A stretch of DNA of 64,000 nucleotides from Azolla caroliniana (Eukaryota; Plantae; Polypodiophyta), in assembly GCA_043228905.1 (NCBI GenBank), contig JBHGNT010000018.1, positions 16,988,001 through 17,052,000 on the forward strand, in the 5' to 3' direction. The position numbers and the translations under genes were made by a program. This document shows positions 26,903 to 38,613 of the stretch, one piece after another; the first letter of the stretch is position 1, and the number at the start of each line of letters is the position of its first letter. Under the pieces are notes generated by a model. That model was not told the origin of the DNA and did not search any database. It was given only the letters and a program-made list of their open reading frames with translations.

Positions 26903-29900
26903 GTTGTAGACAAAGCAACACATTTTTTCAACTTAGATTGCCATGATACGGCTCCCCCTACAAATGTAAATAGGTAAGCCGAAGTAGATTTTCTCCCATC
27001 AAGATCCCCTGCCATATCTGAATCTGAAAAACCTTCAAGAGTTTGTTTAGAATCTCCAAAACATAAACATAATTTCGATGTACCTCTTAAATATCGAAAG
27101 ATCCATTTTATGGCATCCCAATGAGACTTACCCGGATTGGAGTGATATCTACTTATAACACTAACGGCATGGGCAATATTTAGCCTTGTGCTAACCATAG
27201 CATACATCAACGAGCCAATCGCTGAAGAGTAAGGAATTGAAGACATCTCTTCTTTCTTTTGCTCGGTATGTGGTCAATCTTTTCTACATAGTTTAAAATG
27301 GCTAGCAAGGGGGGTACTTACTGGTTTTGCATTATGCATATTAAACCTCTCTAATACTCATTCTACGTATTTTTCTTGAGAAAGCCACAACTTTCTACAT
27401 TCCCTATTGCGAGTAATTTTCATGCCTAAAATATGTTTAGCACAGCCTAGATCTTTCATGTCAAAGGCCTTAGATCCACCTTTAACTTGTGGATATTGTC
27501 TACATCTTGTCCTACAATTAGCATATCATCGACATACAATAAGAGAATGATAAAATTACCTTCAAAAAAATGCCTAACATACACACAATGATCTCCATTA
27601 GTCTTGGTGTAGTTTTGACTCGCCATAAATGAATCAAACTTTCATTACCATTGTCGCGGTGCTTGTTTTAGGCCGTAAAGACTTTTCCTCGGCTTGCATA
27701 CCATATGCTCCTTTCCTTTCTCTTTGAAACCCTTTGGTTGTTCCATGTAGATCTCTTCTTTGAAGTCTCCATGCAAGAAAGCAGTCTTTACATCGAGCTG
27801 CTCAATCTCAAGATTTAAAGTGGCTGTCAAACCTTAAACAACTTGAATAGAACTCATTTTCACAACTGGTGAGAAAATTTCATCATAATCAATACCTTTC
27901 TTTTGGCCGAAACCTTTTACAACTAAACGAGCCTTATGTTTTACAAGGTTACCATCACCTTGTCTTAGCTTAAACACCCATTTATTTTTCAAAACTTTTC
28001 TTCCCTTAGAAAGTTCTACTAAATCAAAGGTATTGTTTTTCTTTAATGAGTTCATTTCGTTGTGCATGGCTTTTATCCAATCATCCTTATCATTATGGTT
28101 TAAAACATCATAATAACTTTCAGGCTTCCCTTCTTCAGAGATCAAGACATAATCTGAAATAGGATACCTTATAGATGGTTTTCGTTCTCTAGTAGACCTT
28201 CTAGGTTGTTCATTGACCACCCCTTGTAAGGAAGTTTGCTCCCCCCGCTCAACACCTGTTTGTGGTAAAATATCATCATGATTAACTTCAACCCTATTAT
28301 TTATAATACTTGGTTCATCAACATCCTCACAGTTGGGAAGCATCTCCATATGTAGCATCTTCGGTCGTAGGAATCAGGTCAAAATCAATAAGTCCACCAT
28401 CTACTTGAGTGTTGGATCCTTTGACCTTTTCAATATCTTTGATAGTTTGATCCTCAACAAATACCACATCACGACTTCGAATAAGCTTCCTTTCTATTGG
28501 GTCATAACATCTGTAACCAAACTCAACTTGGCCATTACCAATAAAAATGCATTCTTTAGATTTAACATCTAACTTAGAACGTTCATCTTTACGTATATGT
28601 ACAAAACATTTACACCCAAACACACGTAAATGATCATATGAAAAATTCTTACCATACCAAACTCTATTAGGAACGTCGCCCTGCAATGCAACAATAGGAG
28701 ATAGGTTAATAACATATGCAACGACACTCAAAGCCTCACCCCAAAAGGATTTAGATAACTTCGCATCCGAGAGCAAGCATCAAACTCTTTCAACTAGAGT
28801 CCTATTCATCCTTTCCGCCAAGCCATTTAGTTGTGGGGTTTTTGGTGATGTCTTTTGATGCTTAATCCCATGCTCTCGACAATATGCATCGAAAGATCCA
28901 AGATATTCCCCATCATTGTCAGTGCGAATGCATTTCGGCTTCTTTCCTGTCTCTCTTTCTACAAAAGCATGAAATTCTTTGAACACATTAAATACTTGGT
29001 CCTTAATTTTCAATGTTCGAAACCAAAGTTTTCTAGAATAGTCATCAATAAAAGTAACAAAATAGAGTGCACCATCCATTGATTTTACCTTTAAAGGACC
29101 ACAAACATCTGAATGTACCAACTCAAGTACCTCTTCCTTTCTCGAGGAAGAATGATGTTTGAACGAGACTCTTCTTTTCTTTCCTACCACACAATGATTG
29201 CACATGTCTAACTTCGCATATTTTAGACCTAGAAGCAAGATTTTCTTCGCTAGGCAATCAAGTCCCTTCTCACTAATGTGAGACAACCTTTTATGCCATA
29301 GCTCTGACAATTGTTGCTTTCAACTGCATTCACAAGATTAGTAGAGATAGATGCTTGTAATAAATACAAACTAGAGCATTTCTTACCACGAGCTACAACC
29401 AATGAGCCCTTAGTGAGTTTCCATTGTCCCTCATTGAAGATGTTGCAATAGCCATCATCATCTAATCTACCTATTGAGGTAAGATGTAAACGAATGTCGG
29501 GTACATGTCTGACCTCCTTTAGAATCAACTTTGGTCCCATGTTGGTTTCCAAACAAATAGTCCTGGTGCCTACCACCTTTGAACCACCTTTGAAAGACCA
29601 TCACAGCCCATCTTCATAGTTACTCCGAAATCCCTTGAAGTATAAGAAGTAAAAAACTCCCTTCTAGATGTGACATGGAACGATGCTCCACTATCAACAA
29701 CCCAATTAGTTTCATTGTGAGCAAGATTAATTACGTTTTCATCATAAACAACAAGTAAATCATCTGAGGAAGTTGTATTAACACGATTAGAAATACCATC
29801 ATTACTTTTGTTTTCTTGCTTACCGTTGGATATGTGGTTCTCCTTTTTCCACTTGTAACAATACCTCTTTATGTGTCCTGCTTTACCACAAAAATGACAT

Positions 29901-30805
29901 TCTAGATTTTTATACCTTGGTTTTGATTTACTAAATGCATTGCTTGTTTAAGCAAAAATAACTTATTGTTACCTATCTTTGATGCATACAATGTTTCGAG
30001 TTTATTCCATAAAGCTTTGGCATTCGTTTCATTCACAATATGGTTTAAGACATTATCTCCCAACCATTGTCGAATAAAACCACATACCTGTTGGTTCTCA
30101 AAAAGTCATTCCTTGGTGGTTTTGCTCTCTGGTTTAGCATCTGAAAAAATAGGTAAGTGTAGATTTTTCACAAAAAGAAGATATTTCATCTTACCTTTCC
30201 ATTTGTAGTAGTTGGTGTCGTTTAAGCAAACCATTGTGGAAAATTTTGCCTCCATAAGAAGTGCTCAACCTTGGCTCTGATACTACTTGATCTTAAACTT
30301 AATAGCACTTAAACACTTATGTAAAACAGAAATATGTTGTGCAAGATTTAAAAGAAAACAAGAAAGATACACAACAAACTCTATGCACAATACACCACAA
30401 ATTTTAGCATGGGAAACCCTCAAAGAGGTAAAAACCATGGGACCTAGTCCAGAAATAATCCACTATCAAATATAAATCTGATACACCAAAGTTCGACTGT
30501 AAACAAGTTAGAGTACTATGAGAAAGCAAGGAATATGATGTTTCCTCAAAAACCAAACTCAACAAAAAAGACACCAAAACCAACCACCAAAACTCACAGC
30601 ACATCGTTGATGACGGAGGCGGCAATGTCCGGATGTCATAGTGTGTTGGTGTACTTGAGAGTGCTTGAAGGAATTGGCCAAGAAAAAAGAGTATGAGCTA
30701 AAATCAGTTTTTCTCTACTGTTACAGAGAAATGCTCGTTTCCCCCTTTTCAACTCTCTAAATAAAAATGAGTTACATAGTGTAGATATGTAACGCCTTCT
30801 TGTGT
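26903..30805 (-). mobile_element. Copia element W, 5' part: truncated 5' LTR (30805-30288), tRNA-Met PBS, gag-PR-INT-RT-start of RH
   Basis: Motifs [52 protein letters not shown] and KCVALSTT. Degenerate PBS TAGTATCAGAGC. The LTR matches 41808-42126 plus 53185-53472. Confidence 0.92.
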
Positions 30806-32165
30806 GAAGCTTGTCAAGGCGACCATTTTGCTAGAGATTGTCCTTTCAAAGGCCAACTCCACTCACTTGTTAAGGCTTCGGATGCTCATAAGACCAACCA
30901 AACCATGGGCCACATCAAGCGCTTCTGTGTGGTTCGTGAGGTAAAGAGTGAGCATTTGTTACTTTATGTTAGCACTCCTACCGCGAAAAGCCCTTATCGC
31001 CTAAGCATTGTTGAGAATGCAGATTCTGAGTTGAAGCGTCAACTCGACGAGCTACTTGACGTGGGATTCATACACCCTTCTAAATCTCCTTATGGTGCGC
31101 TAAGTGCTCTTTGTGAAGAAGAATGATGGAAGCTTGAGAATGTGTGTCGACTATCGAGCACTCAACAAGCTCACTATTAAGAATTAGGTAATTAACTAAG
31201 GGTTAATTAGTACCTAATTATGTGATTAAGTTAAGCTGCGGAAGGTTATGTTATATGTGTGTGAGAGGAAGTTACACTTATGAACAATGATGTAAATGGG
31301 GGATGATTAACAAGAGTGTAGCTAAAGACCTTTCCTCTATATTAGATAAGCATCATCATCCAAAAATACCCACAATTAGGTATATATACATCTCATGTGC
31401 AAAGGTGCACATGTGTGAGGAGGATATAGGTACAAAGGTGTAAGTCCTATATTAAATGTACTTGGGAGTGGAGGATCTAGAATATCCCACTTAAGTACAA
31501 GATCCTATTTAAGGCTTTATAGTCAACACTTCTAACTAGATTCTAGTTATGTAACTACTAAGTTACATGGTTGACTAAATGACTAAACCTAGTTGAGCTT
31601 GATATCTCAACACTCACCATCAAGAATCACTATCCCCTGAGATGTTCGATCAACTAGGGAAGGTGTGATACTTTTGAGGATCACCGAAGGTGATGTGGAG
31701 AAACCCCCCATGCGAACTCACTATGGTCGTATGAGTGGCTCGTCATGTCAATGGGCTTAACCAATGCGGTGGCGACATTTAGTACCCTTAGGCCGAAGCT
31801 TGACAAATACATTTTGGTCTACCTTGATGACTTGCTTGTTTTCAGCCCTACATAGGAAACAAAACTTGAAGGATGTTGAGATGGCACTCTGACGATTAAG
31901 GGAGATCTCTATGTCAAGAAATCCCAGTGAGACTTTAGACCTGTGGAAGTGGCTTCAAAATAGCTTGTGGTGAGCTACAAACCGACGAAGAAAAGCTTTA
32001 TGCAAGCAAGGGATGGCCTAAAACATGTTTGGTAACGGATGTCCGTTCTTTCCTTGGTTTAGCTTCCTTCTATCGTGTGTTTATTGATTGTTTTGTTCTT
32101 GTCTCTACACCTCTCATTAGCCTTACTAAAAGTGGGAAAAAGTGGTTTTGGTCTAACAAGCAAAA
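30806..32165 (+). mobile_element. Old, heavily deleted Gypsy element T (CCHC remnant, RT, RH-connection)
   Basis: Motifs CQGDHFARDC, SKSPYGA, KKNDGSLRMCVDYRALNKLT, YLDDLLVFS and DVRSFLGLASFYR, with many small deletions. Confidence 0.8.
31175..31612. mobile_element. Solo LTR (family X) inserted in the RT of element T
   Basis: 5-bp TSD CTCAC at 31170-31174 and 31613-31617. It interrupts ALNKLT|IKNHYP. Termini are TA(TG)..CA. Confidence 0.9.
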
Positions 32166-32219
32166 CTTGTGGAAGAAAATTCATGGCAACAAGGTGCCAC
32201 CTTATGACAATTTGAGGAT

Positions 32220-32993
32220 GTAATTAACACATATAATTCCCGTCAACCTTTTGAAACAAAGAGATCTGTTGAGGGGTTCCATGATTTGAACCACAACACC
32301 ACCTTGACAAATTGAGAGGTGAGGGCCTTCTCGACGGATAGAGAAGGTGCCCATGACTTGATTTATGAGTCGTGGGCTCAACAAACACTCCACCTCGACG
32401 GATTGAGGTGAGGGCCTTCTTGACGGATAAAGAAGGCGCCCATGGCTCGAGTTGTGAATCGTGGGCGTCTAAGTCTTCTTGACGGATGGAGAAGACACCC
32501 ATGACTTGAGTGTGAGTCATGGGCTTGTGGCACAATTGTGAACCCACAACCTTGTATACCAAGTACAAAGTATAAACCATTAGAATAAGCTATTTTATAT
32601 AGTTTTGTTCTCTATGCTTATACCTTATGTCTCTTATCATACATAAGAACTCGAGTGAACAAGATGGCTATCATGCATCACATGTGACACATGTGTGCCA
32701 AATGGCGATCATGCATCACATGCACCCTCACATACATGCCATGCATGTGCACCCCTATATAAGGAGAGGGAAGGGATGCTTAGGGGGGGGATCAATTTTA
32801 AATGAGCTAATGGAACCTATTAAACTGGATAGAGGGTGGTTGGGCAGTATGTTTAGTGGGTCCAAATACTGAATCCCCTAGTCATCCCTCGCACAATCCA
32901 GTAGAGTTGGTCACGCGAGTATGAGTTCGATCGGAGATCCACCCTAATCATAAAAAAATTTCAATGGTGTTACACTCCTCCCCCCCCCTTCTT
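32220..32993 (-). mobile_element. Probable 3' LTR (32974-32220) with PPT; family copy at ~58200-58798
   Basis: On the minus strand, the PPT AAGAAGGGGGGGGGAGGAG is followed by TGTAACA..TTACA. Strong similarity to 58260-58798; internal short repeats. Confidence 0.6.
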
Positions 32994-34375
32994 GCTAGAC
33001 TTGATAACCACATTGTTGGGCAATTTTAGAGACTACATTACCATTTTCATTTTTCAAATAAGTGACTTCTACTATATGTGGTTGTTTTCCATCATGTGTG
33101 CATTTTGTAGCAGTTTTACAAGTGTCTACATTCCATTTCCAATCATTTGACATAGAATCAATATCAAGGTTAGGTACTTGTATTGCCACAACTCCACTAT
33201 CTAAGCTCACCTTATTTATTTACACATAAAAAATCAAGGTTTTGCAAACCATGTGTGAATTTGACATTAGCATCAAATATCAACAATCCCTTTCTCCTTT
33301 CTCCTCATCTAATATGAACAGTGTAATTGGATGTTTTCTCATAGAGTGTATGTATATTTAGTGTATCTCGATGTGAGCCACACTAATAATGGGTAGCTTC
33401 ATTAAAGGACACAATATCCATGACAAATTAAACGTGTTACAAAATTTTAGCCTAGATCCATGCCCACAGTTTTACAAAACATCAGCCTTAGGAGACAATA
33501 CATATCTAAATAATCATTGTTCACAACTTAACCCAAATTGGATTCATGATATAAAATTCAAATAATAGTACAAATATCAAGAGTGAGGCTCAAACCAATA
33601 ACCTTACTTATCAAACACGAAGTACAAAACATCGGGATAAATACTTGTACATATTTATGTTATCATCATTACAATTATGTTTTATGTAATATTGCATTCA
33701 TGTTGACTCAAGTGAGCAACATGGCCATTATGCATCACACGTAACACATGTGTGCCAAGTGGTGATCATGCATCACATGCATTCATACATCACATGCATT
33801 CTTATTCGAACACCTATCTAAGAAGAATTTATGGGAGCATGAAGGGATCAAGAAAAAGAATTCATCAATAATTAAGAGATTACGTTAGCTGATTGGGAAG
33901 GTGTTAGACTCTTAATTAGCGTTAAGAAAAGTTAAAGAGGAAAAAGGAAGAAACGACAGTCCACACAACCACCCGCTACTGAAGGTGAGAAACGGATCCA
34001 AGTTCCCCGCCCTTGTTCCATACCACCGTGTACGGACATATAGATCGTACCTTGGGTTTGACGAAGGCACATGTGTATAAAGCTAGAGCTTTGCCACACA
34101 ATAAAGAAAATAGATGATCCTTCTTATATAGGCTCAAACCCTAGGCCTTCGTGTTTGTTTCACGCTTGGTTGCTTTTTTTATAAAAAGTAACCAAGTGAT
34201 GAAACACTCTAAAGTTACCTCCGGCATAAGAATGAGATAAGTCAATCCTCACCCTTCATTCCTTATGAATTAGCCCACAACTACGCTACGATTATACTCA
34301 TAACAGAATGTCTCTCATCTCTCAAGATCAAAGTCAAGGGTTCGAACCACAGTTTGATAGAAATAAGGTGTCATC

Positions 34376-35662
34376 TGTTGGGATAAAAGTCCCACTCCTC
34401 CGGCCTTGTATCTCTACTGTGAACACATAGTTAACCTGACTATATAAGTGGGTAATTGACCTTGTAAATATAAGTCGGTGGCTAATTTAAAATAGTCTCT
34501 CTGAGCTTAAACATCTCTCTCTATCTCCCTCTTTGTGTAATTGTCTTTCATTTCAACCAATCTTGTCATTGTGCATAACTCCATCTTGTTTGCTACTTGT
34601 ATTGTTTGTTATACTCACTTACAGGTCCTCAACCTTCCACAACATCAACTTCAATACCCAACATTTAGTATCAGAGCGACTTGCAATCCGGAAACAAAAA
34701 CAACAAAATAAATTTGAGAAGAGAAGAACTGGCTAAAGGAAAGAACCAGGTCAGCAAATCTCACTTCCTATAGAACATGGCTTCAACATCCGGCACGAGA
34801 GTGGAAATGTGGAAGTTTGATGGCAAGAACTTTGCCCTATGGAAGGAGATGATGTAGGATGTACTGATCATCTGGTGTCAAATCGAGACAGTATGGCACA
34901 ACAACAATCCAACCTCGATGACAACAGACACATGCCGCTCCCCCTGGACGAAATAGCCAGGTCGACCATTCAAATGCATCTGATCGAGAACGTCTACTTC
35001 AACATGGCCAAAGAGACGTCGACATTTTGCCTTGTGGGAGAAGCTCCATGCCGTCTATGAAAAGAAGTCCTCCTCATCAAAGCTCATATTGATCCGACAA
35101 CTGTTCAATATGAAGATGAGAGAGACGGATCTGGCGACCTCCACATCAACACCTTTAGTCAGGTATTGTCTGAACTCTCCTCCCAAGGGATTAACTTCCA
35201 AGAAGAAGTTAAAGCCCTTGCCCTTCTTTTGACCTTGCCAATGAGTTGGGAGGTATTCTGCACAACATTCACCAACAACCATCCAAAACTGAATCAGGAT
35301 GAAACCATCAAACAAGTCCTCATTGAGGATATTCAGCAAAAATCGATGGGACTCATCATTGATGAATCAGCAGGAGTTCACTACTCGACCGAGCCAACAG
35401 GAAGAACCGGCTAAACTACCAGTTAGCCAAGAAGAAGGAACGATAATCAGTAGTGGTTTTTGTACCCACTGCAGAAAGACTGGTCACAATGTTTCCAATT
35501 GTTGGTCGATAAAAGGAAAGGAGAATGGTCGATGATTCAATCAGACAAAAAGACAACCCGATTCGAATTGTTCTCCTACCAATACTCAAGTTAATGGTGT
35601 CGAATCCTTTTCTAGAGAAATCCTCTCCCTAGAGGAGTCGTTGATTGGTGAAGTCCTATATA
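34376..35662 (+). mobile_element. Copia element Z, 5' LTR (34376-34663), PBS, gag
   Basis: TGTTGGG..CCCAACA LTR; PBS TAGTATCAGAGC at 34666-34677; gag from ATG 34777 (KFDGKNFALWK, CTHCRKTGHNVSNC). Confidence 0.88.
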
Positions 35663-37189
35663 TGTCAAAACCAAGAGAGAAAGTAAAGTGATAGAAGAAA
35701 GATATAAAGAGATCACAAGAAGAGGAATGAAATGACAAGAGAAGAATGAATGTATTAAAGTAGAATAAGAATGGATACAAGATAGGCGATGAGAGCTTAA
35801 GATTGGTGTTGATTCGAATTGGTTTTGAGAAGAATTGTATGTCCATATTTATAGGTTCCTATAGAATAACCTAGTGATTTCTATAATGTTCTAGACCTAG
35901 AATATTCTAAGATGTTTTAGGATATTCTAGAATGTTCTAGAATATTTACAATATCAGTCTATTACAAGAAGTAGCTTTTATTATTTCATATAATCATATA
36001 CTATCTTAATGGTTAGGTTCTTCATTATGTATTACAAGGTCTTGGGTTCAAGCTCAAGTGAAGCCACATAATGTTCACATATTCATGACACTATCCTTCC
36101 TCTTAAAACGACAAGTGGAATGAGTTGTTAACAATGCAGGGCCGAGTTTGTTGGGATAGCGATGATGGAAGTCGTCAATAAGAGCCTGAGCATTACAAAC
36201 ATTATTGACGGGTTCCCATATGTGATCGCTCAGAGTATAGCCTAGCCAATCAACTAGATAATACAACTTATTGCGCACAATCTTTGAATCAAGAATGGAG
36301 GCTACCTCATACTCTGGGCCATCAGCAAGTTGGAGTGGAGGCGGTGGCGGCACGACACGATTGGGAATCGAGCTGGTGTGGTAAGGTTCCAAAAGAGAAT
36401 TGTGAAAGACTGGATGAAGCCGCAAACTTGCAGGAAGATCAAGACGGAATGTTGCATCATTAATCCGCTTCGTGATGACAAAAGGACCCAAGCGTTTATA
36501 ATCTAGTTTATCACACGGTCGAGTAGTCTTTATGTGACGGCGTAACAACCATACCTGATCACCAACCTTGAATGGAGACGGAAGACGATGTCGATCTACA
36601 TGGGCCTTATGTTGGGCTTGAGCTTTCTAAAGATGTGAAGACAACTCAGACTGAAGGTGTTGTAGTCGGTGGAGGTGTTGCTCTACACTAGGGTTTGGTG
36701 AGATCATTGGAATGTCCAAGAGACACCATCGACGATGGTTGCCCGTATAGGCATAGAAAGGTGTGACCTTGGTAGAAGAGTGTATGGTGTTATTGTATGC
36801 AAACTCTGCAAGATGCAATATATGACTATCTTGTTGATAACTGATGAAACATCAAAGATACTGCTGAAGTGTTTGATTTGTGCCCTCTGTTTGGCCATCA
36901 ATTTTGGGATGATATGTTGAAGAGAGTTAAACTTTGCAAGAGATTTAGAGCCCGTCACATAGGTGCTTCCAAAAGTGAGAGATAAATTGCGGTTCACGAT
37001 CACTAATTATGTCGTTGGAAGACCATGATGGCGAAATACTTCACACATAATGATATCTATTGTTTCTTGACTACTGATGCTTTTTATGTAGGGTAGAAAA
37101 TGTGCCATCTTGGTAAATCAATCCACTACAGTTAAAATAGCATCAAAATCTTGTGAAGGTGGCAGATCTGTAATGAAATCCATAGTAAT
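35663..37189 (-). mobile_element. Tcn1/Tf2-like chromovirus Y: integrase core, chromodomain, PPT and 3' LTR (36090-35663)
   Basis: Motifs [28 protein letters not shown] and EYEVASILDSK..YYLVDWLGY..WEP. The LTR has TG..CA termini. Confidence 0.9.
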
Positions 37190-37197
37190 GAATAATG

Positions 37198-38562
37198 TTC
37201 GTGAAGAAAAAGGATGGCTCACTTCGTTTGGTCGTGGATTATCGGGGATTAAATAAAGTGACAATAAGAAATAGGTATGCTCTACCTTTAATTTCCAGTC
37301 TTTTAGAGCGCATTGGTGGGGCAAAGCATTTTACCAAGATTGATCTAAGGGGGGGGTGCATATAATCTTGTCCGTATTCGACTGGGAGACGAGTGGAAGA
37401 CTGCATTTCACACTCGATATGGCCATTTCGAGTATACAGTTATGCCTTTTGGGCTCACAAATGCTCCGCCGTGTTTCAACATATGGCAAATGACATTTTT
37501 CGAGATTTTCTAGATATCTTTCTTATCATCTATTTAGATAATCTATTGATTTACTCTAGAACACAAGCGGAGCATGATATACATGTCCGAAAGGTACTCC
37601 AACGCTTAAGAGAGTATGATCTTTATGCCAAACTAGAGAAGTGAAGTTTTGATTGCAAAGAAGTTGAGTTCTTAGGTTATATACCATTTCATCCAAATGT
37701 ATCTTCATGGATCCAGCGAAAGTTCAAACAATATTGGAATGACATACTCCAAGTTCCGTTCGCGATGTCCAGTGTTTCCTTGGATTTGCCAACTTCTACC
37801 GCAAATTCATATGGAATTATTCGAAGATTGTATTGCCACTTACTCAACTCACCAAGAAAAATCAAGCATTTTTTTGGACTCCTGAAGCAGACAAAGACTT
37901 TACTCAGTTGAAAGAGGCATTCACATCAGCTCTTTTCTTAGCTCATGTTGATCCAGAAAAGCCATTTATCATTGAGGCAGATGCATCCGACTTTGCATTG
38001 GGAAGCATCCTATCACAACCAGGTGAAGATGGGCACTTACATCAAGTCGCGTTTCACTCAAGAAAGTTTAATGTTGCGGAGATCAACTACGAGGTGCATG
38101 ACAAAGAGTTACTAGCTGTGGTCAACTCTTTTGTGCAATGGCGACATTTCTTGGAAGGTTTGCCTCATCAAATCATCATTTATAGTGACCACAAAAATCT
38201 TACATATTTTCAGACGGCTCGAGTGCTAAATAGGCGACAAGCTCGGTGGGTGCAATTTTTAACTCATTTTGATTTCAAGATCATTTTTCGCCCAGGGAAC
38301 CAACAAGGGCAAGCATATGCTCTATCTTGATGCTCATATTTGGCACTTTACCCTAGAGATCCAGCTTTCGACAATCAAAAGCAAGTTCTCCTTGGTCCAA
38401 CAAAGCTACGAGTAACCACAGTTTGTGCCACGCCATTGGATTCAAGTCTTCTTGATACTATTCGACAACTTAACTCTAATGATTTTGCTAAGGATGTCTT
38501 CACCCACCTTGGTCCAAATCATGCATTTTGCTCCACATTGCCAAGGACATCTCGACGCTATG
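37198..38562 (+). mobile_element. Chromovirus Y RT-RNaseH block, opposite in orientation to its own integrase
   Basis: Motifs [29 protein letters not shown](D)LL, EADASDFALG and YEVHDKELLA. Confidence 0.9.
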
Positions 38563-38613
38563 AAGTTACATGGTTGAATAACTAACTAACTCTAGTTGAG
38601 CTTGATCTCTCAA

